Below are positions 20,249 through 30,948 of a stretch of DNA of 64,000 nucleotides, one piece after another; position 1 is the stretch's first letter; every line of letters begins with the position of its first letter. The notes beneath the pieces were generated by a model. The model did no database searches. It was given only the letters and a program-made list of their open reading frames with translations, and had not been told where the DNA came from. Origin of the DNA: an uncultured virus (IMG/VR IMGVR_UViG_3300030012_003600) (taxonomy: Duplodnaviria; Heunggongvirae; Uroviricota; Caudoviricetes); IMG/VR virus record IMGVR_UViG_3300030012_003600; one strand, given 5' to 3'. A program made the position numbers and the translations under genes.

Positions 20249-23200
20249 ATGCCTCAACAAACGAACCTCAACGTAGCTCCATACTTTGACGATTTTGATC
20301 CAGCGAATGATTATCATAAGGTATTATTCAAACCTGGATTTCCAATTCAAGCTAGGGAACTAACAAATTTACAATCAATTCTGCAGAATCAAATTGAAAG
20401 ATTTGGTCAGCACTTTTTCAAAGAAGGTGCAAAGGTAATTCCCGGAAATACTGGATATAGTCAGTCATATTATTGTGTGCAATTACAGAATAACTTTCAA
20501 GGAGTTCCTGTGTCTGCATACGCAGATCAACTAGTTGGCACTAAAATTACTGGACAATCATCGGGAGTTAGTGCGTATGTTGATAGCATTCTTCTTCCAG
20601 AAAATTCTGACAACGGAAATCTTACACTTTATATAAATTATTTAAATTCTAGCACTGCAAATAATTCTACTCAACAGTTTACTGATGGTGAGTTACTGTC
20701 ATGTAATGAAATAATAACCTCTGGATTATTGGGTAATTCAACTATAGTTGCTGGCACACCTTTTGCAGCTGCACTTGCAACTGGTGCTAATGCAGTTGGT
20801 TCATCATTCCAGATAGAAGAGGGTGTTTATTTTGTTAGAGGAAATTTTGTTAATGTCGCTAGAGAAACATTAATTCTTGATCAATATTCCAATACTCCAA
20901 ACTATAGGATTGGTCTCTTTATTAATGAAGAGATCATTACCTCTGACTTGGATGAAACACTTAACGACAATTCTCAAGGATTTAATAATTACTCAGCACC
21001 AGGTGCAGATCGTTTAAAGATAACTTTAAGTCTTTTTAAAAAAGGTCTTGATAATTTTAATGATGATAATTTTATTGAGCTCGGCACTGTTGTTGATGGT
21101 GTTTTAAAAACAAAATTAAAGAAAGGAGTTTTTGGAACCGGTTCTTCAGGTAATAGTAATTTTGATGATGTATTAGCAAGAAGAACTTTTGATGAGTCTG
21201 GTAATTACTATGTAAAACCTTTTGACGTAACTCCATTAAATTCACTGAATGATAATATTGGTAATGGAGGAATTTTTCAAGAAGGACAATTTACTCCAGG
21301 AGGGATTCCTGCATCTGAAGAATTAGCACTCTATAAAATTTCACCTGGTAAGGCATATGTAAAAGGTTATGAAATTGAAAGTCTGAATGCTGTTTATATT
21401 GATGTTCAAAAACCAAGAACAACTAGAACTTTAGAAAATCAAAATATAATTTATAATACTGGACCAACTCTTAACGCAAATAGAGTTCATAGATCTCCAA
21501 GTGTTGGATTTGGAACTTATTTTGTAAGTCTTAGAGATCAAAGAGTTGGATCTGATCAAGAATCTGCTCCCGGTAAAGAAATTGGATTGGCTAGAGTATA
21601 TGATTTTAAATTAGAATCTGGATCGTATGATGCAACTAATTCTAATCTTAATGAATGGAATTTAGCACTCTATGATGTTCAAACTACTGTTGATTTGTCT
21701 CTTAATAGAGCAGAAACTTTAAATATTCCAACATTTGTAAAAGGTGCAAACAGTGGTGCTACAGGTTTCTTAAGATATCCAGTCTCTGCAGGAACAGCAG
21801 TCACCGTTTATGAAACAGAAGGAAGTTTTATTCCAAATGAAGCATTAATCTTTAATGGCATTCAAAATGGAAGAACAGCAATTGCTGTTACTGAACATGG
21901 TATTTCTGATGTTAAATCTATTTACGGTACAAATAATGGAGTAATCGGAGTCAATACATTTAGTGCCGATATTGTTCAAAAATCAAGATTTAGTGTAGGT
22001 ATTGCAACTGTCAGTCCTTTATCTGGAGGCATTAGCACTGTTACACCTAGAAATTCTCTATTCCCAGGTAACCTAATTAAAGAAAATGATATCGTTGAAT
22101 ATACTGACACCACTGCTGGATTACTAACTATAGATCCTATTTTTGCGCGTGTTGTCAGTGTAGGAGCTTCAGACTTTACCGTTGCTGCAACAACATCTGT
22201 TGCAGGAATTTCAAGTGGTTTTCTTCCATCATCTAATTTAAGTGTCACTGACTTAAAAGTACTAACTACAGAATTATCATCAGTTTCGGATAATACTTTA
22301 TATACACCACTTGCTAAATATAACATTTCAAATGTTGATTTAACAGACGCTTCATTAACGATTAGAAAAACATTTATCGTCAATATTTCTAATAATCAAC
22401 TTTCTACACAAATTGAAGCAGGAACTAATGAAACATTTCTTGCATTTGATGAGGAAAGATATTTGCTTACCAGGTCTGATGGTGGAACAGAAACTTTAAC
22501 TTCAGATAAATTTGATATTGGTGCCGATGGAACCACTCTGCAAATTAGAAACTTAGGTTCTAATGATACTGGTGCAACTCTTGTTGCCACTTTAAAAAAA
22601 TTAAAACCCAAAGCAAAAGTTAAAATCAAGAATAGAGTCAATTCTGTTATTGTTGATAAATCAAAACTTCAAGGTTCTGGTATTGGATCAACAACTCTCA
22701 ATAATGGATTGACATATGGAAATTATCCATTTGGAACTAGAGTTGAAGATGAGGTAATCTCACTAAATGTTCCTGATGTTCTTGAAATTCATGGAATTTA
22801 TGAATCAGCAGGAACTGAAGCACCCTCTGCTCCTTTAATGACTCTTAATACTATTAATAGTGCATCCACAACTACAGAAGAATTTTTAATTGGTGAGATA
22901 ATTATTGGTCAGACAAGTGGTGCAGTTGCAATAGTCGCAGTTAAATCAAATAATACAACAATTGAATACATTTCAAAAAATGAATTTGTATTCATAGAGG
23001 GTGAAACAATTGAGTCTCAAGAATCATCTGTTAGGGCAATAGTTTCAAGTCTTTCGACACCAAGTTTTAATATTTCCTCAAATTATAAGTTTAGATCAGG
23101 TCAAGAGGGAACTTTCTATGATGTTGGTTCTATCAAGAGAAATGCAGATTCTGTCTCACCATCTAAACAACTAAAAATATACTTTAAGAGTGCATTTTTT

Positions 23201-26200
23201 AATAGCACTGATGATGGTGATATTACAACAGTTAACTCCTACAATCAATTTGATTATTCTACAAAAGAAATTAAACTAGTTGATGATAGAAGAGTAACAG
23301 ATATTATTGATATAAGACCAAGAGTTTCGGATTACACAGTATCCGAATCTGTTAGATCTCCACTGGAATTTTTAGGAAGATCATTTGATAATTCAGGACA
23401 AACTGCAGCAAATCCATTAGCCTCGGATGAGTCAATTCTTGCGGATGTTTCATATTATCAAGGGAGAATTGATAGAGTATTCTTGACTAAAGATGGTAGA
23501 TTCCAAGTAATATATGGAACACCATCAGACGATCCTCAAAGACCGGAAGCAGTTGATGATGCAATAGAAATTTGTACTGTAGAACTTCCAGCTTATCTCT
23601 ACACTCCAGGAAATGCAAGATTGTCTTTCTTAGAGCATAAAAGATATCGTATGCAGGATATCAAAAAACTTGAAAATAGAATTAGAGGTCTTGAATACTA
23701 TACATCCTTATCTCTCCTTGAAAAAGAAACTGCAAATCTTTTTGTTGCTGATTCTGATGGTTTTAACAGATTTAAATCTGGTTTCTTTGTAGATAATTTC
23801 TCTGATTTCATACCACAAGAACAAACAGTAGATATTAAAAATTCAATTGATAGAAAGGTTAATGCTTTAAGACCTAAACACTATACTAATTCTGTAGATC
23901 TTATTTTTGGACCGGTCGTAGATCCTGATACAAATGAAGATCCAAATTTTGCTGCCATTGAAGGTAATAATGTAAGAAAATCAAATGATGTTGTAACACT
24001 TGATTATTCTGAAGTAGAGTTTATCAAGCAATCATTTGCAACTAGATCCGAGAGTGTAACTCCATTCTTAATTAGTTTTTGGAACGGCACCCTTGAGCTC
24101 ACACCAGCAACTGATAACTGGGTTGATACAACTAGACTTGAAGCAAAGATTATTGAAACTGAAGGAAACTATGCTGAGACATTTAATGCTCTTGCTCAAA
24201 ATGGAACTATAGATCCACAAACTGGATTTGGTCCTATTGTATGGGACTCATGGGAAACTAACTGGACAGGAGTAACTGAATCGACAACCACTAGGAGAAC
24301 AGTTCTTGATAGTGATACGGGTGGTGCTCCAGTTCGCAGACGTGCGTGGGTTGGTAGTGGATGGGTTCCTGGTGCATGGACTCGACAGTTTGTTGAAGTC
24401 GGTAGTGGAACAAGAGAAGAGGTTCTCCGAACAAGAACTGAAGTTGGTACAAGATCTCGTTCGGGAATAAGAACTATTGTTACTGAACAATTTGATCAAA
24501 CGTCGGTTGGGGATAGAGTTGTAAGTAGAGATCTTATTCCATATATGAGATCTAGAAATGTTGAATTTGTTTCCAAGAAAGTTAAACCACTTACCAGACT
24601 TTATGCATTTTTTGATGGTGTTGATGTTACCAAGTATTGTGTTCCAAAACTTCTTGAGATATCAATGACATCTGGAACTTTCCAGGTTGGTGAAACTGTT
24701 ATTGGTTCTGTTCTCAGAACTGGTTTAGCAGAGGAGACAAGTGACACCACTCCAAGTATTACATTTAGAGTCGCTCAATCAAATCATAGGGAAGGTCCCT
24801 ATGATACTCCGACAAAAACATTTGCTGAAAATCCATACACTAATCAAGTCCTCTCTGCAGCATATTCATCAACCTCTAATATATTAAATGTTGACACTTT
24901 CTCTCTTGCATCACAGGCAAGAGGTGATTTCTTCGGTTTTGTTGAAAGTGGAATGATTCTTACTGGTAAAACAAGTGGTGCTCAGGCAACTATTACAAAT
25001 GTAAAACTTGTATCTGATCTTTCATCAACTTGTATTGGAAGTTATTTTATTCCCAACCCAAATAATGTCAATTTCCCTAGATTTGAAACAGGAACAAAAA
25101 CATTTACTCTTGTAGATGATATCGACAATAATCAAGATGCTGCATTAACAATTGCTGAAGAAGGATTTTCTGCATCAGGTACACTAGAGACTATTCAAGA
25201 AAATATTATTTCTGTTAGAAATGCAAGGGTTGAACTTAAAAATGAATTTCAAAGCAGAAATGTTAATAGAGATCTTGGAACAGAAATAGTATCTGAAAGA
25301 GTGATTGGAGGAACAGGAACTAGAAGAGTACAAGTTCAATGGTATGACCCTCTTGCACAGTCGTTTTTAGTAGAAGACTCAACTGGTGTATTCCTCACTA
25401 GTTGTGATGTTTTCTTTAGATCAAAAGATGACATGGATATTCCAGTTGTTTTCCAACTTAGATCCATGATTAATGGTGCCCCATCAGCAAAAGTTCTCCC
25501 CTTCTCTGAAGTAGTTCTTGACCCTGCTGATGTCATTACGTCAGCAGATGGTTCAATTGCAACTAATATTCAATTTAAGGCACCTGTTTATGTTGAGGGT
25601 GGTACTGAATATGCTGTATGTTTAGCATCTAACTCCACCAAATATAGTGTTTACATCTCTAGAATTGGTGAAAATGATTTACTAACTGACAGTTTTATTT
25701 CTAACCAACCATACCTTGGTTCACTCTTTAAATCTCAGAACGCTTCAACGTGGGAACCAAGTCAGTGGGAAGATTTGAAGTTTACTCTTTACAGAGCGGA
25801 CTTTATTGAAAATGGTTCAGTTGAGTTTTATAACCCAGAACTGACTCAAGGTAATGGACAGATTGCAAAACTTCTCCCAGATCCAATTAATATTAATTCA
25901 AGAGAGATTAGAGTTGGACTTGGAACAACAGTTGCAGATTCTGGATATGAAATTGGTAATACTTTCTCACAACAAGGCACAAATGCGACAGGTAATTTAG
26001 TTGGAACTGCTGGTTCTGCTACTGGTAATCTTGATATCACAAATGTAGGACTTGGATACACTCCTGCTTCTGGTGATTTTACCTTTACTGGTGTAAATCT
26101 TGTTACTCTTACCGGAAGTGGTAGAGGTGCAACTGCAGATATTTCGATAAAAGATGGTTCTATTGTTGCAAGTGGTGCAACAATTTCTAGTGGTGGTTCG

Positions 26201-27802
26201 GGATATCAAGTAGGTGATGTTGTTGGTATTGCCACAATCGGTGCTGCCTCACTTGGCAAAAATGCAAGACTTACTATTGCAGGAATTGGTCATACCAGTG
26301 AACTTGTTTTAAATGATGTTCAGGGTGAATTTATTGTGGGTGCTGCAAACACAATGATGTATACAAACAGTTCGGGAATTACCACTGAACTTAATATCAA
26401 TATTCCCTCTACTGGTCTTGGTGGAGATGTTCAAATCTCTTCAATAAATGAAGTGTCTGATGGATTGCATCTTACATTTAATCACCAGAATCATGGAATG
26501 TATTTTAGCAATAACTCAGTCAAGATCTCAGGTGTGGTTGGTGACATCAAACCAACAATTCTAACAGCAGCATATGATGCAACTTCAACAGATGCAATTG
26601 CAGTATCTATTGCATCATCTTTCACAGAATTTGAGAATGTAGGTGTAGGAACTACTAATGCTGGTTACATTCAAATCGGTGATGAAATTATCGAATATAC
26701 TAATGTTTCTGGAAATACTCTAGGTGGTAACATCATAAGAGGACAAAATCCCAAATCATATCCAGTTGGCACACCTGTTTATAAGTATGAACTTGCTGGA
26801 GTTAATCTTCAAAGAATTAACAGAACTCATGCTTTAAGTGATGTTACAAATTTAAATCCATTTACATTTGATTCATATCAAGTTAAAATTGACATGTCAG
26901 GAACAACTGGCACTAATAGAAGTACTGATGTTGGATTCCCTAAACTTTATCTTGGAGAAACTAAAAACTCTGGTGGATATAAAGTAAGGGCTACTCAAAA
27001 TATGCCTTTTGAGATTATCACACCTAGTGTACAAAATCTTACAGTTCCTGCAACTTCAATCACTGCTGAAGTAAGAACAACAACTAGCAAGAGTTTCAGT
27101 GGTAATGAAATTCCTTATATTAATGCTGGTTTTGAAAATATTACAATTAATCAAAAAAATTATTTTGATACACCAAGAATGATTGCATCTAAAGTAAATG
27201 AAGATCTGCAGTTAACAAATGTTGAAGGCAATAAGTCATTAAATATGAGATTGTTCTTAAACACGACTGATACTAGAGTGAGTCCTGTAATTGACTCTCA
27301 AAGAGTTAGTGCAATTCTAACTTCTAATAGAGTTAATAACATTATTTCTAATTACACAACTGATGCAAGAGTGAATACTTTAACTGAAGATCCTACAGCA
27401 TGTCAGTATATTTCAAACGAAATTGTTCTTGAAAATTCTGCAACTTCAATAAAAGTGATTGTCGCTGCACATGTTGATGAGTCTTCTGATATAAGAGGAT
27501 TTTTTGCAGTCAACAATAAACCTGGTTTAGAACCCATATTTACACCATTCCCCGGATATGGTAATCTTAATTCAAGAGGTCAAGTGATCGCATCAGAAAA
27601 TAATAATGGTGAATCTGATGTTTTTGTTGCTAAATCAAATATTCTTGCATTTGAAGCTGCTAAGGTTGATTATAAGGAATATACCTTTACAATCGATCAA
27701 CTTCCATCATTTAGAACTTATAGAATTAAATTAAATCTCACCTCAACAAATCAGTGTTTTGTTCCTATAATTAAGGAACTTAGAGTTATCGCATTAGCAT
27801 AA
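20249..27802 (+). CDS. VrlC-like (DUF4815-type) large virion structural protein, 2517 aa
   Basis: NLNVAPYFDDFD..KVLFKPG..QARELT, APGADR, LARRTFDESGNY, RFKSGFFVDNF, DPLAQSF; position after gp8 as in cyanomyoviruses. Confidence 0.85.
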   Translation: MPQQTNLNVAPYFDDFDPANDYHKVLFKPGFPIQARELTNLQSILQNQIERFGQHFFKEGAKVIPGNTGYSQSYYCVQLQNNFQGVPVSAYADQLVGTKITGQSSGVSAYVDSILLPENSDNGNLTLYINYLNSSTANNSTQQFTDGELLSCNEIITSGLLGNSTIVAGTPFAAALATGANAVGSSFQIEEGVYFVRGNFVNVARETLILDQYSNTPNYRIGLFINEEIITSDLDETLNDNSQGFNNYSAPGADRLKITLSLFKKGLDNFNDDNFIELGTVVDGVLKTKLKKGVFGTGSSGNSNFDDVLARRTFDESGNYYVKPFDVTPLNSLNDNIGNGGIFQEGQFTPGGIPASEELALYKISPGKAYVKGYEIESLNAVYIDVQKPRTTRTLENQNIIYNTGPTLNANRVHRSPSVGFGTYFVSLRDQRVGSDQESAPGKEIGLARVYDFKLESGSYDATNSNLNEWNLALYDVQTTVDLSLNRAETLNIPTFVKGANSGATGFLRYPVSAGTAVTVYETEGSFIPNEALIFNGIQNGRTAIAVTEHGISDVKSIYGTNNGVIGVNTFSADIVQKSRFSVGIATVSPLSGGISTVTPRNSLFPGNLIKENDIVEYTDTTAGLLTIDPIFARVVSVGASDFTVAATTSVAGISSGFLPSSNLSVTDLKVLTTELSSVSDNTLYTPLAKYNISNVDLTDASLTIRKTFIVNISNNQLSTQIEAGTNETFLAFDEERYLLTRSDGGTETLTSDKFDIGADGTTLQIRNLGSNDTGATLVATLKKLKPKAKVKIKNRVNSVIVDKSKLQGSGIGSTTLNNGLTYGNYPFGTRVEDEVISLNVPDVLEIHGIYESAGTEAPSAPLMTLNTINSASTTTEEFLIGEIIIGQTSGAVAIVAVKSNNTTIEYISKNEFVFIEGETIESQESSVRAIVSSLSTPSFNISSNYKFRSGQEGTFYDVGSIKRNADSVSPSKQLKIYFKSAFFNSTDDGDITTVNSYNQFDYSTKEIKLVDDRRVTDIIDIRPRVSDYTVSESVRSPLEFLGRSFDNSGQTAANPLASDESILADVSYYQGRIDRVFLTKDGRFQVIYGTPSDDPQRPEAVDDAIEICTVELPAYLYTPGNARLSFLEHKRYRMQDIKKLENRIRGLEYYTSLSLLEKETANLFVADSDGFNRFKSGFFVDNFSDFIPQEQTVDIKNSIDRKVNALRPKHYTNSVDLIFGPVVDPDTNEDPNFAAIEGNNVRKSNDVVTLDYSEVEFIKQSFATRSESVTPFLISFWNGTLELTPATDNWVDTTRLEAKIIETEGNYAETFNALAQNGTIDPQTGFGPIVWDSWETNWTGVTESTTTRRTVLDSDTGGAPVRRRAWVGSGWVPGAWTRQFVEVGSGTREEVLRTRTEVGTRSRSGIRTIVTEQFDQTSVGDRVVSRDLIPYMRSRNVEFVSKKVKPLTRLYAFFDGVDVTKYCVPKLLEISMTSGTFQVGETVIGSVLRTGLAEETSDTTPSITFRVAQSNHREGPYDTPTKTFAENPYTNQVLSAAYSSTSNILNVDTFSLASQARGDFFGFVESGMILTGKTSGAQATITNVKLVSDLSSTCIGSYFIPNPNNVNFPRFETGTKTFTLVDDIDNNQDAALTIAEEGFSASGTLETIQENIISVRNARVELKNEFQSRNVNRDLGTEIVSERVIGGTGTRRVQVQWYDPLAQSFLVEDSTGVFLTSCDVFFRSKDDMDIPVVFQLRSMINGAPSAKVLPFSEVVLDPADVITSADGSIATNIQFKAPVYVEGGTEYAVCLASNSTKYSVYISRIGENDLLTDSFISNQPYLGSLFKSQNASTWEPSQWEDLKFTLYRADFIENGSVEFYNPELTQGNGQIAKLLPDPININSREIRVGLGTTVADSGYEIGNTFSQQGTNATGNLVGTAGSATGNLDITNVGLGYTPASGDFTFTGVNLVTLTGSGRGATADISIKDGSIVASGATISSGGSGYQVGDVVGIATIGAASLGKNARLTIAGIGHTSELVLNDVQGEFIVGAANTMMYTNSSGITTELNINIPSTGLGGDVQISSINEVSDGLHLTFNHQNHGMYFSNNSVKISGVVGDIKPTILTAAYDATSTDAIAVSIASSFTEFENVGVGTTNAGYIQIGDEIIEYTNVSGNTLGGNIIRGQNPKSYPVGTPVYKYELAGVNLQRINRTHALSDVTNLNPFTFDSYQVKIDMSGTTGTNRSTDVGFPKLYLGETKNSGGYKVRATQNMPFEIITPSVQNLTVPATSITAEVRTTTSKSFSGNEIPYINAGFENITINQKNYFDTPRMIASKVNEDLQLTNVEGNKSLNMRLFLNTTDTRVSPVIDSQRVSAILTSNRVNNIISNYTTDARVNTLTEDPTACQYISNEIVLENSATSIKVIVAAHVDESSDIRGFFAVNNKPGLEPIFTPFPGYGNLNSRGQVIASENNNGESDVFVAKSNILAFEAAKVDYKEYTFTIDQLPSFRTYRIKLNLTSTNQCFVPIIKELRVIALA

Positions 27803-28035
27803 TGGATTTTTATGGATTGGAAGGTCATAAGGATCTCGCAAGAGATCCTGAGACCAACGCAATAGTTAATGTAAATAGTATGGAGTATCAACAATACTTG
27901 TCAAGACGTGAAGTAAAATCTGAAAAGAAGCAGAGAACACAAACAATGGAGGATGAAGTTGCTAATATAAAGGGTGAAATAGATGAAATTAAGTCCCTTC
28001 TTAAGGAGTTATTAAATGGATCCCAATCAAATTGA
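27802..28035 (+). CDS. hypothetical protein with C-terminal coiled coil, 77 aa
   Basis: TAATG coupling; EGHKDLARDPETNAIVN. Confidence 0.75.
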   Translation: MDFYGLEGHKDLARDPETNAIVNVNSMEYQQYLSRREVKSEKKQRTQTMEDEVANIKGEIDEIKSLLKELLNGSQSN

Positions 28036-28195
28036 ACTTTCTAATTTATCAAAAAGTTTTGCATATCAGAAAATTGCAACTGACATAGATAATTGTGAAG
28101 ACCGTGATACACTAAAAAATATTGCAAAATCATTTTGCAAACTTTATTATAAACAACAAGAGACAATGCAAGTAATAGGCATCACTAATGGCTAA
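28016..28195 (+). CDS. 59-aa protein resembling phycobilisome degradation protein NblA
   Basis: AAGGAG RBS; MDPNQIELSNLSKSFAYQKIATDIDNCEDRDTLKNIAKSFCKLYYKQQETMQVIGITNG; fills the gap and overlaps both neighbours; NblA resemblance by eye only. Confidence 0.5.
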   Translation: MDPNQIELSNLSKSFAYQKIATDIDNCEDRDTLKNIAKSFCKLYYKQQETMQVIGITNG

Positions 28196-28586
28196 TAAGA
28201 ACATCACTTTTGATCCAGACTCTGGAGTACCATATGGTCTTAATTTGACCATGTACGGGGGTTCTGATTTTGAAGTTACTTTAAATGTAAAAAATACGTC
28301 AAATAGTGCATTTGATTTAACTAATTATAGTGGTACAGGAGCTATGTCCAAAAGTGTCGCTGTCGGAGCAACACTTGGTATAACTTCAGCATTTACTGTT
28401 GGATTTACAAGTGCATATGATGGTCTAATGAAATTAAGTTTGGCTGCAGTAAATACTAGAGCAACTAAAGAAGGCAGATATGTATACGATGTGTTAATAA
28501 AAGAATCTGTAGGTGGAGGGGCAACCACATATCCTCTTGTTAGTGGTAACGTGACGGTAATCAATCCAGTATCATCAGCACCCTAA
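28188..28586 (+). CDS. putative Ig-like/BppU-like virion structural protein
   Basis: FDLTNYSG, GRYVYDVLI, LVSGNVTV pattern. Confidence 0.6.
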   Translation: MANKNITFDPDSGVPYGLNLTMYGGSDFEVTLNVKNTSNSAFDLTNYSGTGAMSKSVAVGATLGITSAFTVGFTSAYDGLMKLSLAAVNTRATKEGRYVYDVLIKESVGGGATTYPLVSGNVTVINPVSSAP

Positions 28587-28612
28587 ATACACTTAGGAAA
28601 CTTGTGGAATAA

Positions 28613-29458
28613 ATGGCACAACCAGCAAGTAGAACAGATTTAATAAATTATGCTAAAAGGCAACTTGGGGCGCCAGTCCTTGAGATAAATGTTGCCGATG
28701 AGCAAGTAGACGATCTGGTTGATGATGCACTACAATATTTTTATGAGAGACACTTTGATGGTGTTATTCAAACATTTTTAAAATATAAAATAACTCAAGA
28801 TGATGTTGACAGAGGTAGAGGAAGAGGTGGAAGTAATCCAATTGGTATCGTAACTACAACAGCATCTTCAACTATTGATGGTTCTTCTGTTACATTTTCT
28901 TTTGAAGAAAATAGTAATTATCTTCAAGTCCCTCCATCAGTTATAGGAATTAATAAAATTTTTCAATTTGATGGATCAAATACTGTAACTAATAATATGT
29001 TCAGTGTCAAATATCAATTATTTTTGAATGATATTTACTATTTTGGATCAACTGAAATTCTTACCTATGGCATGACAAAAAGATATCTTGAAGATATTGA
29101 CTTTGCATTAAACACTCAAAAACAGGTTAGATTTAATCAAAGACAAGATAGACTTTATCTTGATATTGATTGGGGTTCTATTAAAAAAGATGATTATGTA
29201 GTTATTGATTGCTATCGTCTTATAGACCCTAATGACTATTCTAGAGTCTGGAATGATTCGTTCCTTAAGAGATATGTCACTGCTCTCATCAAGAGACAAT
29301 GGGGTCAAAACTTAATTAAGTTCCAAGGAGTTAAACTGCCAGGTGGAATTGAACTTAATGGTAGACAAATTTATGATGATGCAGAAAAAGATTTGGAAAA
29401 TATTAGGGAGGTAATGTCAAACACCTATGAACTTCCACCTTTAGATATGATCGGATAA
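28613..29458 (+). CDS. gp13: neck protein gp13
   Basis: RQLGAPVLEINV, ERHFDG, IKRQWGQNLIKFQGVKLPGGIELNG. Confidence 0.93.
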   Translation: MAQPASRTDLINYAKRQLGAPVLEINVADEQVDDLVDDALQYFYERHFDGVIQTFLKYKITQDDVDRGRGRGGSNPIGIVTTTASSTIDGSSVTFSFEENSNYLQVPPSVIGINKIFQFDGSNTVTNNMFSVKYQLFLNDIYYFGSTEILTYGMTKRYLEDIDFALNTQKQVRFNQRQDRLYLDIDWGSIKKDDYVVIDCYRLIDPNDYSRVWNDSFLKRYVTALIKRQWGQNLIKFQGVKLPGGIELNGRQIYDDAEKDLENIREVMSNTYELPPLDMIG

Positions 29459-29459
29459 T

Positions 29460-30905
29460 ATGTTAAATCCATTTTTTACTCAAGGAACAACAGGTGAGCA
29501 GAATCTTGTTCAGGATTTAATTAATGAGCAATTAAGAATGTACGGGGTTGATATTTTTTATCTTCCTCGGAAATTTTTAACTGAAAATACAGTCATCAGA
29601 GAAGTTGTTCAGTCAAAATTTGACATGGCACTTCCTCTTGAAGCATACGTTGATAATTACGATGAGTATGCTGGAGCTGGTGATGTTCTTTCAAAATTTG
29701 GTATAGAATCTAAAGATGAAGTAAGACTTATCATATCAAGAGATAGATTTGAAAATTATATCACTCCACTTATTCAAGATCAATCTAACATTAAATTATC
29801 AACTAGACCAAAAGGTGGTGATTTAATTTGGTTCCCTCTTGATGATAGAATTTATGAAATTAAAGATATTGAATATGCAAAACCATATTATCAATTACAA
29901 AATCTTTATGTTTATGAATTATATTGCGAACTCTTCCGTCTTGAAGATGAGGTTATTGCAACAGGTATCGAAGAGATTGACAATAACCTTATCGGAGAGA
30001 ACTACGATGGTGAAACTGATGATGGTATAAACACGATTCAAGGACCAACACAAACACTTACCTTGGTTGGAACTGCTGTCTCAGCAACAGCAGAACTTTC
30101 TGTCTTTGATGGTGGTGTTAGACTCTTTACAGTAACTAATAGAGGTGGTGGTTATGATGGTGTTCCGACTGTTGGAGTGTCCTCAGCACCCTCTGGAGGA
30201 GTCACTGCCGTTGGTATTGCTACAATGATAGGTGGTATCAATGTTTGCAACCTTAATGCAAATCCAAGACTTCAATCCGTTCAAGCAGTAAATATCGCCA
30301 ATCCTGGTTCTGGATATACGGTTGCACCAGGAGTCAGATTTAGTGGTGGTGGAAATGGAACAGGTGCTGCAGCAACTGCTACTATAGGTGATGGTGTTGT
30401 TGGTTTAGTTACCATTACTGCTGAGGGAAGTGGATATGTAGATTCTCCTACAATTTCATTTACTAATGAAATATTTGAGACCGGTGTAACAACCGTATCT
30501 GCTGCTGCGACTGCAGTGGTAAGTGCTGCAGGAACAATTTCAGCAATTTATATGACCAATGCAGGTCTTGGATATTCTGTCGCACCAACAATAGTTGTTG
30601 AATCCCCAGCATCAAGTTCCTCTGGCAATTTTGCATTCAATGAAATTGTTACTGGTTCCGTAAGTGGAACAACTGCAAGAGTAAGAATTCATGATGCTAC
30701 CAATAACACTCTTGAAATTGCAACCATATCTGGTGACTTTGTTCCAGGTGAAACTGTAACAGGAGGAACTTCTGGTGCTACTGCAGAGATTAGAGTAGTA
30801 AGCACAGAACCAAATGATGATGGATTTGCTGACAATATTAATATTGAAACTGAGGCAGATTCAATTATTGACTTCAGTGAACAAAATCCATTTGGTATGC
30901 CCTAA
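29460..30905 (+). CDS. gp14: neck protein gp14 with inserted beta-rich repeats
   Basis: MLNPFF..EQNLVQDLINEQLRMYG, PYYQL..YELYCELF, C-terminal IIDFSEQNPFG. Confidence 0.9.
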   Translation: MLNPFFTQGTTGEQNLVQDLINEQLRMYGVDIFYLPRKFLTENTVIREVVQSKFDMALPLEAYVDNYDEYAGAGDVLSKFGIESKDEVRLIISRDRFENYITPLIQDQSNIKLSTRPKGGDLIWFPLDDRIYEIKDIEYAKPYYQLQNLYVYELYCELFRLEDEVIATGIEEIDNNLIGENYDGETDDGINTIQGPTQTLTLVGTAVSATAELSVFDGGVRLFTVTNRGGGYDGVPTVGVSSAPSGGVTAVGIATMIGGINVCNLNANPRLQSVQAVNIANPGSGYTVAPGVRFSGGGNGTGAAATATIGDGVVGLVTITAEGSGYVDSPTISFTNEIFETGVTTVSAAATAVVSAAGTISAIYMTNAGLGYSVAPTIVVESPASSSSGNFAFNEIVTGSVSGTTARVRIHDATNNTLEIATISGDFVPGETVTGGTSGATAEIRVVSTEPNDDGFADNINIETEADSIIDFSEQNPFGMP

Positions 30906-30948
30906 ATAAATGTATCTTAACAAACACATAATAGTCTAGGACTTATCA

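Noticed and set aside
20242..28613. Absence of recognisable g9-g12 here, and of g24 after g23
   Set aside because: Usual arrangement in T4-like cyanophages, not novel
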